Assembly: GCA_964016885.1 (NCBI GenBank)
Contig: OZ024741.1
Span: 125,426,001 to 125,490,000, forward strand
Origin: Eledone cirrhosa
Taxonomy: Eukaryota
Direction: 5' to 3'
Length of the DNA: 64,000 nt
Shown here: positions 28,001-44,269 of the stretch, piece by piece
How the letters are laid out: every line of letters starts with the position of its first letter
Numbering within the stretch: position 1 is the first letter of the stretch
Position numbers and translations under genes: made by a program
Notes under the pieces: model-generated
Database searches by the model: none
What the model was told of the DNA's origin: nothing
Seen by the model: only the letters and a program-made list of their open reading frames with translations

Positions 28001-28410
28001 AGGTAGATCGATGTTGGGGGGTGTAGCGGAGGGTGTTGTATAGCTGTTGCCCCTGGTGTGGTTGTAGTCGGTCCGTCTGTGGGAGCGGATGTTGTCAATG
28101 TAGTATTTGTTTACAGTCCATTCGTATTTCCGTATAAGGCGCTGTTTATCAAATTTGACTCTGGTGTGGTAACACTGATCTATAGCTTTGCATATATCCT
28201 GGACTTGGTGGTCAGGGGAACTTTTCCCCCGTTGATGGCCGTGAGCCCGAAATATTGGGATTAAATCTCTACTACGGTAACCCTTCTACCTTTGTTTTGT
28301 TTTCATCTTTGTCTCTCTCAATTTTCACTTTCACCTGTTTTTCCTATCTATATTTCACTTCCTACCTCGAGATTTCCCTTTGCATTGTTGTGGCTTTCTT
28401 AAATACGTAT
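25073..28410 (-). mobile_element. Penelope-like element, 5'-truncated with inverted pseudo-LTR
   Basis: RT + GIY-YIG ORF; 25123-25315 is repeated in inverted orientation at 28217-28410; ~130-bp tandem repeats in the 3' UTR (~25500-25880); both ends abut TA arrays. Confidence 0.92.
25910..28216 (-). CDS. Penelope-like RT + GIY-YIG endonuclease (open frame, N-terminus truncated)
   Basis: [41 protein letters not shown], and [23 protein letters not shown]. The frame stays open upstream of the listed start at 27700 through [23 protein letters not shown] to the inversion junction. Confidence 0.92.
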   Translation of the reverse strand, partial: PDHQVQDICKAIDQCYHTRVKFDKQRLIRKYEWTVNKYYIDNIRSHRRTDYNHTRGNSYTTPSATPPNIDLPTNDASHLVTDLTGTLTNDELELLRLGPKFIITQRLDDRLKLDIETNFCRTAYQLKWLTAIQNNTEIDYNPTTHPTLPTYHLDNPLHPPPTNHELDTKLLRLKHSISNILSQHTHTHNKRNLTNAQFNTLTNLRSRNLVYLPSDKGKEFCVISRETYNNLALQHLNDHSLYSKVTGTSSTLIEEGINTIWTNICVQRKLPKKVKNNIMTRNSKLPTFYHLVKTHKQGPDLKIRPIVSSVEGPLYKISWLLSTLLKPILHTLPAHVCSSKEVLERLHHLAPNTRKDNGYAFSLDVVALYTSVPASPAVDLLTERVRASNLHCFGLTHTDIHQLLSFVVDNALFNFLGHTYKQISGLPMGSSLSGILAISYMDHLERKALNTCQPNAVAFYSRYVDDILILTSSREMANEIHQIFNDTDQHIDFTIEHPGEDGSLALLDFRINISEEGDINTTFYRKAACKDLFVHYNSALPNNAKRGYVLNELTRITNRCSDPMGGLAHTTQFRNLLRSNGYPKRLINGIRDPRPSRLTPTRKLNISRCFFKIPDLSEYTTNAIRRAIRTEGLDIHLAHTGPSLRRCLSNKPYEAHGTCSLSNCPIRGADCLRTYVVYKIQCDKCNKFYIGSTIRPLHVRIKEHINTNASSFRKHILKCGNPQGRPLVTVLATERSIGSLRIKEALVIKNLKPPLNNRAERNELTWLT

Positions 28411-28411
28411 A

Positions 28412-28458
<47 letters not shown>

Positions 28459-28485
28459 ATATACATATATATGTATATATACATA

Positions 28486-28531
<46 letters not shown>

Positions 28532-28539
28532 TATATATA

Positions 28540-28996
28540 TACTCAGTAACAGAGAAGACGGTACTCAGTAACAGAGAAGACCCGCCTTACCTAAATATAT
28601 AGTAAAACCTACTCCAGCCAGTAGGCATCTCTAACAAAATACACCCCGTCCCACCACCCCCACCCCCACCCGATCCACACCACCCCGTTCTATGTAAAGT
28701 TATGTTGGTGCCGCGCCATCGAGGCCGAAACAAATGAGATCGTGTAGGTGTCACGACAAAAAAACACACAGTCCACGCTGTAATGTGGCCGTGTAGGCAA
28801 CACGGTAAAAACCTCCCAGACCCACACTGTAAATGTGGTTGGTGTTAGGAAGGGCATCCAACTGTAGAATACCTGCCAGACAGTCCTATGCGAGCAAGAC
28901 AATCACTCTTGCCTCAAGTGGGACTACCCCCGTCCAAACCCATGCAAGCGTGGAACACGGACGTTAAACGTTGATGATGATGATGATGATGATGAT
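28540..28996 (+). mobile_element. RTE subfamily A 3'-end fragment
   Basis: 3' UTR and (TGA)n tail as in 10765-11163, with a ~30-bp extra segment and a short tandem duplication at its 5' junction. Confidence 0.9.
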
Positions 28997-30228
<1,232 letters not shown>

Positions 30229-30230
30229 AT

Positions 30231-31452
30231 TTCTAGTTTGTAGGAAAGAAAATAAGGCGGCGGTCCCTTCTGGGAAATGGCCATGCTCAGTGTGTAGGAA
30301 AGGAGTAGGTAGAAACTCCATTTTATGTCCCAAATGCAAAGTATGGGTGCATAAAAGATGTAGTGGGATCACAGGTAAGCTAACTAAGAACATAGATTTT
30401 ACATGTGGCCGGTGCTCTGGTGCAATAAGTAGCAGCAAGTGCCCACAAAATACTAGCTCTTACAACTGCGCAGAGGGCTCTATAGAAATAGTGGACAGCT
30501 TCCGTTACCTGGGTGACAAAATCAGCAGTAAAGTACAGTAGCTAGAGTCAGAACTGGATGGAAAAAGTTCAGAGAGCTTATACCACTATTAGCTGCTAAA
30601 GGGTTCTCCCTAAAAATGAAAGGCAGGTTGTATGATGCCTGCATACGAACAGCAATGTTACATGGCAGTGAGACCTGGGCATTGTGTGCAGAGGATATAC
30701 GCAGACTAGAGAGGAACGAAGCTTGCATGCTCCGCTGGATGTGTAATAGTAATATACATGAACAGCAAAGCATAAACGAACTAAGGAAAAAATTAGAAAT
30801 AAGAGGGATCAGATGTTGTTTACTCGAGAGAAGGCTACGTTGGTATGGACACGTGATGTGCATGAAAGTCGATAGTTGTATAACAAAGTGCAGGGCAATA
30901 AAGATAGACGGTAGCCACGGAATAGGCACACCTAGAAAAACCTGGGACGAGCTGATAAACTCCGACCTCACACACTTACACCTCTCCAAGACAATGTCAC
31001 TGGACCGAGACCTTTGGCGGTCGAGACCTTTGGCGGTACTCAGTAACAGAGAAGACCCGCATTACCTAAATACATAGTAAAACCTACTACAGCCAGTAGG
31101 CATCTCTAACAAAATACACCCCGTCCCACGACCCCCACCCCATCCACACCACCCCCTTCTATGTAAAGTTATGTCGGTGCCACGTCATCCAGGCCGAAAC
31201 AAATGAGATCGTGTAGGTGTCACGACAAAAAAACACACAGTCCACGCTGTAATGTGGCCGTGTAGGCAACACGGTAAAAACCTCCCAGACCCACACTGTA
31301 AATGTGGTTGGTGTTAGGAAGGGTATCCAACTGTAGAAAACCTGCCAGACAGTCCTATGCGAGCAAGACAATCACTCTTTCCTCAAGTGGGAAAACCCCC
31401 GTCCAAACCCATGCAAGCGTGGTACACGGACGTTAAACGTTGATGATGATGA
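30231..31452 (+). mobile_element. 5'-truncated, frameshifted RTE subfamily A copy
   Basis: Begins just before the PHD finger; deletion/frameshift near 30529; 16-bp duplication CGAGACCTTTGGCGGT near 31006-31037; (TGA)n tail. Confidence 0.92.
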
Positions 31453-33816
31453 GATATATATATATATAACCTACATGTAACTTATATTTTGGCCGTACAA
31501 ACACTTAATTCAAAATATATATAGTTCATTGTGAATATTGTATGTAAAATGCAGGTGTGACAACTTCCCAACTGGTACAACTTTACACAATTAAATATAG
31601 TTATTGTTTCTGCTGCAGACATACAATCACCACTTTAATCGAATTCTAAACTTTGCTGTACATACACAGAGGCATCTTCTGTTTTTTTTTTCCTGAGTAA
31701 AGAAACTCAACACTTAACTTATATCCAGATAGGTTTACCTCCAATGAAAGCCACCTCTGTAACAAGTGATAATGATACTGTGTGACTGACATTGCTGATC
31801 TTTTGCAAGTCTAACAGCCTAGAAAAGACTTGTAAATTTAACTGTCTTTAATAGGTAACACCCTGTAGTGTCACACAAAACCACATTAGCAGGAAATCCT
31901 TGAAATATACACAACAAATCACTGTTCACATTCAAAATAGAAGTTTTTACTTTGATACTGCAAATTTTCACAATGATCTGTCCAATAGTAAAACTACCAT
32001 AAATATTTGACTTCACAAACTCCATTATTAAGACATTCTTGAAAAGTACAAAACAGTACTATGACTACATCACATTTTAAATTAAAATCTTTACTTTAAT
32101 GTCAGCATAAGCATGCTCCATTGGCTGTGTGGAGATAAGAGGTTTAAACAATGAAGCTCAGAGGAGTTGAGAGAACTGGACATAAGAAGAATCAGAGGAC
32201 TGCACTGTTACTGATATGTAATGTGCATATGTGTAGAATGACAGATGATAGTTGAGTGAAGAAGAACTAGGAGTTCCAAGTTGATTGAAGATGTGGTAAA
32301 AGTAAGGTGAGGAAAATGGGTTCAGAAGTGGTGAAAGCTGATCTCAGGATGTTGAGAAGACAAAAGAGACAAATGTAAGAACACTGTGGTAGAGGTAGAC
32401 AAAGTAAGACTTGGGGAGATGTGGTGAGGGTAGATTTCAGCATGGTAAACCTCAAAAAGATAATATAATAAAGAGACAAGTTGAAAGACACTGTGGTAGA
32501 GTTAGACAGAGGAAGACCTGGGCAGATGGGTTGAAAGCTGATTTGAAGATGTTGAATATCACAAAGAAACAAGTAGAGAGATGATGTTAAACCTCTCAAA
32601 GGATGATGAGAAAGGAAAGAATCAAATGGAAAAATACTATGGTAGAGATGGGCCAAGGGAGCTTTGAGTAGATACTGTGAAAGTAGATCTCAACATGAGT
32701 ACCAAATTGGCCCCATACCATGTAACAAGGAAGCCAACAAGAAGTTTGGCGAGAGGGAGTTTATTATGCTACACTTTTGTTAATACAAAGTGCAATAATA
32801 ACCATGTTATTATATTAGTTTTCTAAAACCTGAGGCTACATTTATAGCACAATGTAAGAAAGACTGGTTATTGCGTCCAACATTCTTATGGTGCTGATAT
32901 TGGTAATTTTGCATTAATTCTAACAATTATCTTTAAAATATCCAATTTTATACAAAACATTCAGACATAAAATGTCTTTCAGGCAGAAGAAAGCTCTCAT
33001 AAGACAATCACTCCTTGAAAATGTACAGAAAACATTTAATGAAACAAAGTATTTTGTATAATATTTTATGATTCATGTTGACAATTTTTACTTTATTTAT
33101 GTATTTTTCTACTGTCAATTATTCTGAATTGAATGTAGTGGTTTAGTTGTTTAGCTAATTCCAATAAATCTATTAATGCTTTATGAGTAAAATTGGTAAA
33201 TAGAAACAGTAAGGATACCCGTTATAAGTGTATGTGTGATGATATATCATCATATATACATATATACAGGTATGCTTCACCCTACGTTGTTGATTGACTC
33301 CAGAAGTCAAGACTTAAGTAAGAAAATGGCAAATGTCAAATTAACCACCACCCCCTTGTAAACTGCTAATAGGCATTCCCCAGTGCTATATTCTAACATA
33401 CATACATAGTATTAATACAACACACTATCATTTATGTACACATTTTAAATAAGATAGATTTAGTGAAAAAAAAAAGACTATTTTAAATTTACCAAGAAAT
33501 AATTTTTTATCTTGTACATTTTGTTCTTAAATGATTTTATACATTATAACACCACCCACCCACTCCTGCCCACACCACCCATACACTATAAACAAAATGT
33601 ATCCAGCCCACACTGTAAAGTAGTTGTGTGGGTGACACGACAAAAAGCACCCAGCACACACTGTAAACATGGTTGGCGTTAGGAAGGGCATCCAGCCATA
33701 GAAACCTAGTCAGAAACAGTTCTATATGAAGAAGACACAGTCACTTGACCCAACTTGCCTCTAATGGGACAACCCGTGGAACCCATACTAGCATGGAAAA
33801 TGGACGTTATATGGTA

Positions 33817-33890
<74 letters not shown>

Positions 33891-34327
33891 GGTACACTAC
33901 ATTATTTTATACTGTATATACCAGTAATGCACTGGAATAATTGCCGGCCTTGTGCCAAAAGTAGAAATAATTATTTTATACTGTATATTTTAGCTTTTAT
34001 TTAAGTGTGATTATGTTTTTATGATTTAATATCTTTAGCAGACTGACGTAAAGTTAAGTCAGTTGACATAACACAAGGGTTATTTTTGTCTTAATATTAA
34101 GAAAAACCAATATAACTTCGAAAAGATGAAATCTGAAACAACATAAGCTGAGGTATACATGTATTTGTTAAGCAAATTCTAGTCTATTATACGTACAATT
34201 CTAGTCTATTATATGTACAATTCTAGTCTATTGTATGTACAATTCTAGTCTATTATATGTACAATGGGGCTTGTGGGAGTGGGGCAATATCTTAGCAGAG
34301 TATTCCACATAAAGTAGAATCTCAAAT

Positions 34328-34727
34328 CATCATCATTATCGTTTAACGTCCCCTTTCCGTGCTAGCATGGGTTAGACGGGTTGTTCCATTAGAGGCAAGT
34401 TGGGTCAGGTGACAATGTCTTGCTCATATAGAACTGTTTCTGGCTAGGTTTCTATGGCTGGATGCCCTTCCTAATGCTAACCATATTTACAGTGTGTGCT
34501 GGGTGCTTTTGTCCTGACTCCTACACAACAACTTTACAGTGTGCCTTTTGTCATGACTCCTACATGACCACTTTACAGCGTGGGCTGGGTGCTTTTTGTC
34601 GTAACTCCTACACAACCACTTTACAGCGTGGGCTGGGTGCTTTTTATCATGACACCTACGCAACAACTTTACAGTGTGGGCTGGGTGCCTTTTGTCATGA
34701 CACCTACATGACCCCCTTACAGTGTGT
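34328..34727 (-). mobile_element. RTE 3'-UTR-derived element with tandemly amplified ~35-48 bp unit
   Basis: RTE-type tail plus 5-6 repeats of CTTTACAG(C/T)GTGGGCTGGGTGCTTTTTGTC(A/G)TGAC(A/T)CCTACA. An inverted related copy lies at ~33600-33875 and another at ~36270-36550. Confidence 0.75.
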
Positions 34728-36517
34728 AATACGTAATATAGTCAGTTTGAAAACCTTGATTAACTGATATGATCCCTGCAATTAGTAGACACAAATACCC
34801 TATATGCTGGTGAAGGGGGTAATATCTAAAAACAGCAAATATGAAACACGTCTGTGATATAGTGCGTTGGAAAACCTTGATTAATTGAGGTAATCCCTGC
34901 AATTAGCAGGCACAAACTCTATATAAGAGGGGTGTAATATCTGAAAACAAAAGGGATTCTTACAGTAATATAGTGTGCTGGAAAACTTAACTTATATGAT
35001 CCCTGCAATTAGTAGGCATAAACTCCCTATATATGTGTGGGGAGTGTAATATCTAAAAACAGTAAGTAGGTGAGTTGACTCTAATAATTGTTTCTACTTT
35101 TGGCACAAGGCCAGCAATTACCCAGTACATTACTGGTACTTTATTTTATCGACCCCATAAGGATGAAGGGCAAAGTCAACCTCGGCGGGATTTAAACTCA
35201 GACCGTAAAGGGACGTAACTACGCTGGAAAGCATGGCGTCCGACCTTCTACCGATACTGCCAACTAATAATATTAGATATAAAGGTTCTTAGTTCAAATC
35301 TAGTTTGTGTCATGGAGCTGAGATAAAAATAACTTCCTGGGAGTATTCAACATATTAAATACAAATATGGCACTGTCAAATATATATAATATAATTGTTT
35401 CTACTTTTGGCACAAGGCCAGCAATTATCCCAGTGCATTACTGGTACTTTATTTTATTGACCCTGAAGTGTTTTTTTTTTTTTAAGTAAGGGAGATAACT
35501 CAGATAATATCAAAATAGCAGTATTTTGGGGAATGTAAAAACAATGCAAATAGGAATAGATCCAAGTGGTTTGAATATTTTTTTAATTAAGTAAGGGAGA
35601 TAACTCAGATAATATCAAAAAAGCGAAAATTTTTGAGAAGGTAAAGAAAATGAAAATATGAGTGGATCCAGTGCTAAATGCCCACTGGAGGACACCTGAT
35701 AAGACACCTGATAACAATTGGAGATCTAACTTAACAAACTGAGGTCTGGGTGTAAATATTAACCTATTCATTACCATATTTCTAATGAAAGTTATTACCT
35801 CTGGTTTTCAAATAATTTTGAAAATAATCAAGAATTTAGAGATGTTTAGTAATCTAAAGAAACTTTTCATGATTAAGTTGGTGTTTCGAATATTACATAA
35901 CAATGGTATGGACATGTGAGGCACATGGATAATGATCATTGGGTGAAGAAGTGCCAAGTAATCCCAGAGGAAAGAGGCCACAGTAGAGGAAGATTAAGGA
36001 AAACCTGAATGGAAGTGGTGAGTGCTAGTTTCAGATCACTAAAGCACTCGGAGGAGATGACAAAGGAACGCGACAAGTGGAGATGCCATACTGAGAAGTA
36101 CCCATTCAACCCATGCAAACATGGAACAATGGATGTAAAATGATGATGAAAGTTTCTAGCATAAAATTGAAATGGAAGGCTTAAGATAAATATAAACACT
36201 TTAGAACAAACAGATCCTAGTTTCACAGAACCAGTTTCATGCAGTTTGGTATCTAAAAGGTTAAACAAATGTTGGTGACATGACAAAAAGTGCCGAACCC
36301 ACACTGAGAAGGGGTTGTGTATATGTCACAACAAAAAGCACCCAGCACACTGTAAATGTGGTTCGCGTTAGGAAGGGTATCCAGCTGTAGAAGCCAAGCC
36401 AAAATCAGTTCTGTATGAACAAGACATGGTCAGCTGACCGAGTATTGCTCACAACAGGACAACTCGTCTAACCCATGCTAGTGTGGAGAAATGGACGTTA
36501 AACAGTGATGATGGTGG

Positions 36518-36550
<33 letters not shown>

Positions 36551-37797
36551 CAGTTTAAAACAGCACCTAGTTTCACAGAATCAGGGGCTGTTTCAGGCAG
36601 TTTGGTATGAAAAAAATGTGTTAAATGTTTATATATCCAAAGATAAGGTTAAAATTATTCCCCAAATCATATCATCATCATCATCATCAATAGTGACATT
36701 AGGTATGATGATGGTGTTGATCTTGTTCTTTAAAATGGAATGTCTCTCCTATTACAAAGTTTCAAAAACTAAGACTAGAATGATTTTCACTTAATCACTG
36801 GATTTATCTTTGTTTTGTTTTTTTATAATTTACATATTTAAATTACATCATATTTACACTTCATATTTCATTTAGATTTCATATTTCAATTACATTCCAT
36901 ATTTTAATTTACCCAGCAGGGAAAAAACAGATGTGAAATGATGGTGGTGGTGGTGCCTGTGTGTGTGGGGGGGGGGGGGGGGGGGGCATATCTATTTTAT
37001 ATTTCTTAATTTATATTCCACTCATGCCTATTTGAAATTTTAAAAAATGAACATTAAATGCTGATGATATGATGATACCATATTTAATTTACATTTTCCA
37101 TTTAAATTTACATTATATATTTAATTTATATTTCATCATATAATTTCCCTATGCCAACATGGAAAAGTGGAAATATGATGATGATGATGATGATAAACAA
37201 TCCAATGTTGAGTTTATATTTCACATTTAAATTTACATTTTATATCTGAATTATGTCTATGTTCCAAGAATACTAAATGGAAATTTCTAAATGTCTTTGA
37301 CAGATTGTAGTGTTCATATGTGACAGACAGACAAAGAAGATTGTACAGATATTATGATATAGATTAACATTTCATATTTTAAATAAATTACATATTTTTT
37401 GTTTTTTACTCTTTTTAATACCAAACCACCTTAGACTATAATTTTACATAATTTTATGTAAGAACCTGTATTAATATATGGTAACAAAAGGATTAAAGTA
37501 TTTATATTTATATAAAAACCTTCCATCATAATTTTATGTAAGAACCTTTGTTAATTATATTACTAAATCTTTCTAAATTCGTAATTATTTTCAAAATCAT
37601 AGGCAGTGTCTTTCATTCAAAATATGGGAACATAAGGATTAAAGTGTTTATATTTATCTAAAAACCTTCCATCATAACTTTATCTAAGAACCTTTAAGTT
37701 ACATACCAAGCAAAACATGATAAAGAGAAAGTTAGTTATAGTACTAAATATTTCTAAATTCTTGATTATTTTCAAAATGTGGTAACGAAAAGATTAA

Positions 37798-38015
37798 CCC
37801 TTTAGCATTTACATTACTCTATATATATTTTATTTTCATGGTAAACACTTTATCTCATATAATTATTTCACATAATATTGAATATACGGGATTTTGATAT
37901 TATTTGTTTTGAGAACAATACCTCAACATAAGTAGGAGCAGCCAGTTATGGTTGGTTTGAACAGAGAGAGGTGAGAGAATTCTGGCTGAATATGGCCGGT
38001 TTAAATGCTAAAGAG
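37798..38015. mobile_element. piggyBac-type MITE, copy 2
   Basis: TTAA-CCCTTTAGCATTTA ... TAAATGCTAAAGAG-TTAA. Inserted in a degenerate tandem repeat whose other units keep the empty site GGATTAAAGTGTTTATATTTA. Confidence 0.85.
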
Positions 38016-39969
38016 TTAAAGTGTTTATATTTATCTATAAACTTCCATCGTAATATTTTGTAATAACCTTTGCTAAGTTATGTTCCAAACACAAACTTAA
38101 TAATGAGAAAATTAGTTGTATGACTAAATCTTTCTAAATTCTAGATTATTTTCAAAATTATAGGCAGTCTTTCATTCAAAATATGGTAATGAAATGGTTA
38201 CTGAGCTTTCCTTACAGGAAATATTTAGTAATATTAGAAATATTTAGTACTATAACTAACTTTCTCTTTATCATGTTTTGCTTGGTATGTAACTTAAAGG
38301 TTCTTAGATAAAGTTATGTCAATAATAAAAAAGGAACTAACGAGAAGTGGACTCTATTTTTGAACAGGTTCTATAAATACATCATCATCAACATCATCAT
38401 CATCATCATCATTTTCTGTCTGTTGTTCCACAAAATAAAAGACCACTAAGAACAATATCAGCCAATGATGGATCTTGTACCCATTCACTGATACTGCTAA
38501 AAATAGCAGTTAAATATTTCATAAATCACAACTTATCATTCGGGGGGGGGGGGGGGGGGGGGACATAGCTAGAACATATTGAATAATGTAGTTCTATATA
38601 AACTATATATCTACAAAAGTCAGACTGGTCCTGGCTGGAACGTCTTTGATAACAAGAGTTTGATCTATCAAAGTTAACAAGGGGCTAGAGCTAAACAATA
38701 ACATCTAACAACAATGTGTTATGTGATGAACCTCCGTCAGTTTTGATGATGAGTATTTCTAGTTGATTCAATCAATGGAACAGCTTATTCAAAAATGCAT
38801 GTGTAAGTGGCTGAGCATTCCACAGACATATGTATCCTTAATGTAATTCTCAGAGAGATTCAGCATAACACAGGGTGTGTTGCAGCTGGCACTTTGAATT
38901 ACAGACACAGTCTATCTAATGAGCTTCTAAACAGTTTCTGTCTACCCAGGTTCACTATAAAGGCATAGGTCAACCTGAAATTATTGTAAATGACACTTAC
39001 CCAAGATGGCACACAGTAGGATCGAACAAAGGACCTAATGATTGCAAAGTAAACTTCTTAACCATTTCGCCATGCTACATCCAACATGTAACTACCTCCT
39101 AAAGAACTAGAGAGGTTTAGGGAGGATGTTACATCAAGAAATATGGTAATAGCATTAGTCTAAGGCCACAACTTATTCTAAATTTCTAACTTAAAGGCAC
39201 AACTGCCAAATATTTGATAGAGTGAGGAGGTTAAATCAACCCCTAACACACGCACACAACCACCAGCCTAGTACTTGACTGTTACTTTATTTTATCAACC
39301 TCCAGTATATGACAGCTATTTTATTTTATCCCCACCCTCGCCCCTACCGTACTTAACTGCTATTTTATTTTATTGATACTGGAAAGTTAAAACTTTGGCC
39401 TGAGCAAGATTTGAACTCAGAATGTAAAGAACCAGAACAAATACCGTTTTAAAGCTAGCACAAAAAAAAATACTGGTAATAGATACAGGCACGGTTGAGG
39501 TAAATGAGTTCACTTGATAATCACGTGGTTTGGGGTTCAGTCACACGGTGTGGCATCGTGGGCAAATGTATTTTACTATTTAACTCAGGTTGACTATCCT
39601 TGTAACCGAAATTTGGTAGAAGTCATTGGGTACGTAGGTAACATACATACATACATGTATGTATGTATGTATAGTCCCGTAACTCCTGATAGAGTTGTAG
39701 GGGCCCTCTCCAGGCCTGAGTACAGCAGATTCCTTCCAGAGAAAGATAGAAAGTGAGAGAGAGGAAATGAGAGAGAGGAAATGAGAAAGAGATATAGAGG
39801 AAGAATCGACGCAAGTACTAGACTGGTACTTTTGTTTATCGACCTCGAAAGGATGAAAGGCAAAGTTGACCTCGGTGGAATTTGAATTCAGAGAGCCGGA
39901 ACGAATACCATAAAGCATTCTATCCTACATTCTAACCACTCTGCCAATTCCCTGCCTTACATACAATAT

Positions 39970-40043
<74 letters not shown>

Positions 40044-40230
40044 CGTGTGCGTGTTTAGATTTACTGTTTGATTCCAGCATGTGACATAACAGTTCAACAA
40101 ATAGAGATCGATAAAATAAGTATTACATTTTTTTTTTTAAGTACTGAGGTCAATATGATCGATTAAATTCCTCAAAAGCACTCTAATGACCGAAACAAGT
40201 TAAAAAAATTATAAAGATGATAAACCTTAC

Positions 40231-41253
40231 CTTATTCTCTTCCATAATGTCATGTAATTCGGCTAAAGTAGGTCTCCTGGAGTGATTCTCGTAGCCCTCT
40301 GGAAAGGGTTCCAGGAAAAAATGGTCCAAGCGTGGTAGGGCTTCCACAGTATTCTGCCCAAAAGTCGAGTAACTTTCCTTGGCAGCGAGTATAGGGTGCC
40401 CACTTGTCACCCCAGTGATGGAGTCGGCGTCCATGTCACCTCGGCTATCACACCGACCAGACGACCGTCGACGTTGGCGGCCTAAGGGCGGTGACGGCGA
40501 GTTTAAAGACTGGGTTCTGGAGAGGGGAGCTCGAGACGAGGATTTCTTCGGCACAGATTCGGCCTGTGCATTATTATCGTCGTGACCGGTGCGATGAGGA
40601 TGATGATGGTGATGATAATTATGATTATGATGAGGCTGATGATGAGGTTGGTGTGGAGGCTGATGAGGATAGTGAGGAGGCTTCTGAGAAGAAGAAGACT
40701 GAGTAAGGGGAATACCACCGGCAAACTGTCCGTCCGTGTCGTTGGTTCGGTGGAACGGAGTCGCGTCGGAATGGTTAAATGGTTTAACTGAAGCTGTCGA
40801 CGGATTCTGCTGGGTACACGAATCGAATTGGTCTGGAGGGGAAAAAGAAGAGTTATTATTTACAACACTCTTTTTTTCTGTATTTCGATCCCTTTCATCG
40901 TGGCTATCAGTAGAAAATCGTCTCGCTTTAGTTGAATCAACACGCGCGATTCTAAAACGTTGCCTGCCGTATACAGTCTCCATTTCATACTTTTCATCAG
41001 TAGTAGTAGTAGCGGTAGTATTATTATCGTAATCGCTGTTACTATTCTTGTAGTGGGGCTTTTGTGAAGCCATCCCGTTGTCAAAGTTGGTCTGGGTCCT
41101 GTTGAAAGCCGATGGATGTGCGATGTCTTTTGGAGATGTAGTGGAGAAAGAATATTCTTGGGCGCTACCGGCAAAGTGATGGGGCGGTGAGTGGGTATTA
41201 TCGGATTTATTGACTGTTCTATTACGAGGATAGCGCTCGCGATATGGCTCCAT
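40231..41253 (-). CDS. SLC12A2: First coding exon of an SLC12 cation-chloride cotransporter (NKCC/NCC branch), cytoplasmic N-terminus
   Basis: 341 codons from ATG (MEPYRERY) to donor AAG|GTAAGG (phase 0). TFGQNTVEALPRLDHF...RPTLAELH matches the NKCC1 regulatory motif TFGHNTMDAVPRIDHY...RPSLAELH, and RFRI fits the RFxV/I SPAK/OSR1 docking motif. The symbol means 'like'; orthology is not established. Confidence 0.88.
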
Positions 41254-42589
41254 TTCATTCAATAGAAAAATTAATAGCAGGTAAATAAATGAATATATCT
41301 ATCTATATATCTATATCTGTGTCTATCTATCTATATATATATATATATATATAAGCCTGCCTATTTGTTGTTACTCTTTCTCTCTTTCACACACACACAA
41401 GAAATTATTAATGCGAGAAGAAAGCAAAGTAAAGGTACGTTCTGATTTTAGAAAGTAAGTAGGTGTGTATATATGTATATATCGTTTGTATGTATATAAA
41501 TAAATATATTATCACTGACAGATTCTAATGGATATATATGATATTGATATATATGTATAGAATATAGGCAGCTTATTTCGCTTGTTGAACGACATCCAGA
41601 GACAAATGGAATGAATAAATACAGAAGGAAAACGTTTGACAGTGAAATTAAACAATAACAGCAACGACAACATCAAAGCAACATGGACAATCCGTAAAGT
41701 ATGGTAGCGTGGTGTAGTGTAGTAATAGCGGTGTCTGTTGGTAGTGCTGATGTTGATTATGTTACTACAGAGAGCAGTGTTGGATGAGGGAGAGGTGGGG
41801 TATACAGACTACAAGCAAGTAAGTAGGAGTACAACTGACAGGTAAAAACAATAAATATTTAAAAAAGCCAGCGATGATTATTACCATTATTTTTATTATG
41901 AAACCATTATTATTCTTATAAAAGATGGGAAGTTTGCGGGAGGAGGGGAAAAAAAGATTAACGACAAAAAAATACCAATAAAATTTAGAGTGAATTAATT
42001 ATTAAATCCTAATAATAATACTAATAATAAATATAGCTAATCAGCTTAAAGGAGGAGGGAATGAGATGGTGGGGGTGGTTATGGGGATGGTTAAGTGAAT
42101 TAGTGAATTAAGACAGAACTTTCGTATCTCGCCCCCCAACCCCAGGCGTGATTACGAAGGCGGAGGGGAGGGGGGTGAGATAGTATAGCACAGCACGGCA
42201 CTCACTCTGCCTCTCCTCCCTTCCTACTTCCTAACCCCGCTATCATACAGTCTGTATTTCCTTCTTGGTTGCTTCCAACCCCTTTCTTCACACACACACG
42301 CAACTGTTAACGATAGAGACATTTATATAACGAATATATATATAACTTCATAAAGAGACAAATCGATCGCAATTAATCAAATAAAAAGGGAAAAGAAAAA
42401 GAAAAAAGACATGTGAACTACAACAGGGAATGTAGGTGTTTCCCTTTTAAAATGTCTGAGGCAAACCAAGACATTCACAGCATTTCTTCGGGTGATAAAG
42501 CCTGCAATTGCAGACAATAAGAAATGTTAGTTTCCCTCTAAATGTTTCCGGTTAAGCCAAGACACCCGCCACTATTTCAGGGCTTAGAC

Positions 42590-42753
42590 CAATCATGGGT
42601 GACCTGTGGCCTGCGGGCCGATTGCAGTCTATTATGCTTTCTATATGGCACGCCTTATTTCAAAATTGGCTTGAATCTTTTAGTCGTGCGGCTCGCCTTA
42701 AAATGAGACATACCCTATGGACCTCACTGCTCGGAAACGGTTGCTCATGCCTG
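42590..42753. mobile_element. hAT (Charlie/Buster-type) MITE
   Basis: 8-bp TSD GCTTAGAC at 42582-42589 and 42754-42761; imperfect TIRs CAATCATGGGTGACC / GGTTGCTCATGCCTG. Confidence 0.85.
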
Positions 42754-42851
42754 GCTTAGACGGTGGAATAGCTATATTATAATTCTCGTATTTCAATAAT
42801 TGTTTCTGTGAGCTAACAAGGACAGGAAGCTCGTTGTCAGCGAATGTCGTA

Positions 42852-43720
<869 letters not shown>

Positions 43721-44129
43721 TATATATATATATACTTAATACATTAACAGAGAAAGCTTTTAGCGATACTCCGACCAACTTCCATCTCACTCAATAAACA
43801 TTAGGATATACTTGAGTATAATCCCAATTATATGTTTGGGGTGCTAACTATATTGTATTTCGTGGATAGTCGACTGTATTATTTTATATGAGACATAATT
43901 AAATAAATCTCTCTTTCCATACGATCGTTTCGTTATAAGATTTCTACAAGGTGGTAAAATAATGTCCAAGTTATGTAGAAGCTTGCATACAATCCATAGA
44001 TATCCATGCAAGAGGGCTCTTATAATTCATCAGTGGATGCCCAGGTAATATCAATATAAAAAACTACATTGATATTAATATTCAGCGATGGTCTTCGTCA
44101 GTGCTAGAAGGGCCGCTAAGTTTGAAAGT

Positions 44130-44192
<63 letters not shown>

Positions 44193-44269
44193 TGTGTGTG
44201 TGTGTGTGTGCGCACATACATACATTGTGTGTGTGTATATATACACACAATTAATATGCATATATAGCA

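Noticed and set aside
31739-31818. 80-nt AG...GT interval on the minus strand, open in two frames
   Set aside because: Weak donor (GTAAAC) and no similarity to SLC12; cannot be supported without RNA data.
33706-33927. Poly-His and poly-Met ORFs, also at 5415-5606 and 60610-60936
   Set aside because: They are (GAT)n/(CAT)n retroposon tails.
34195-34727. Short regularly spaced repeats resembling a CRISPR array
   Set aside because: No unique spacers, eukaryotic context and no cas genes; they are simple tandem repeats.
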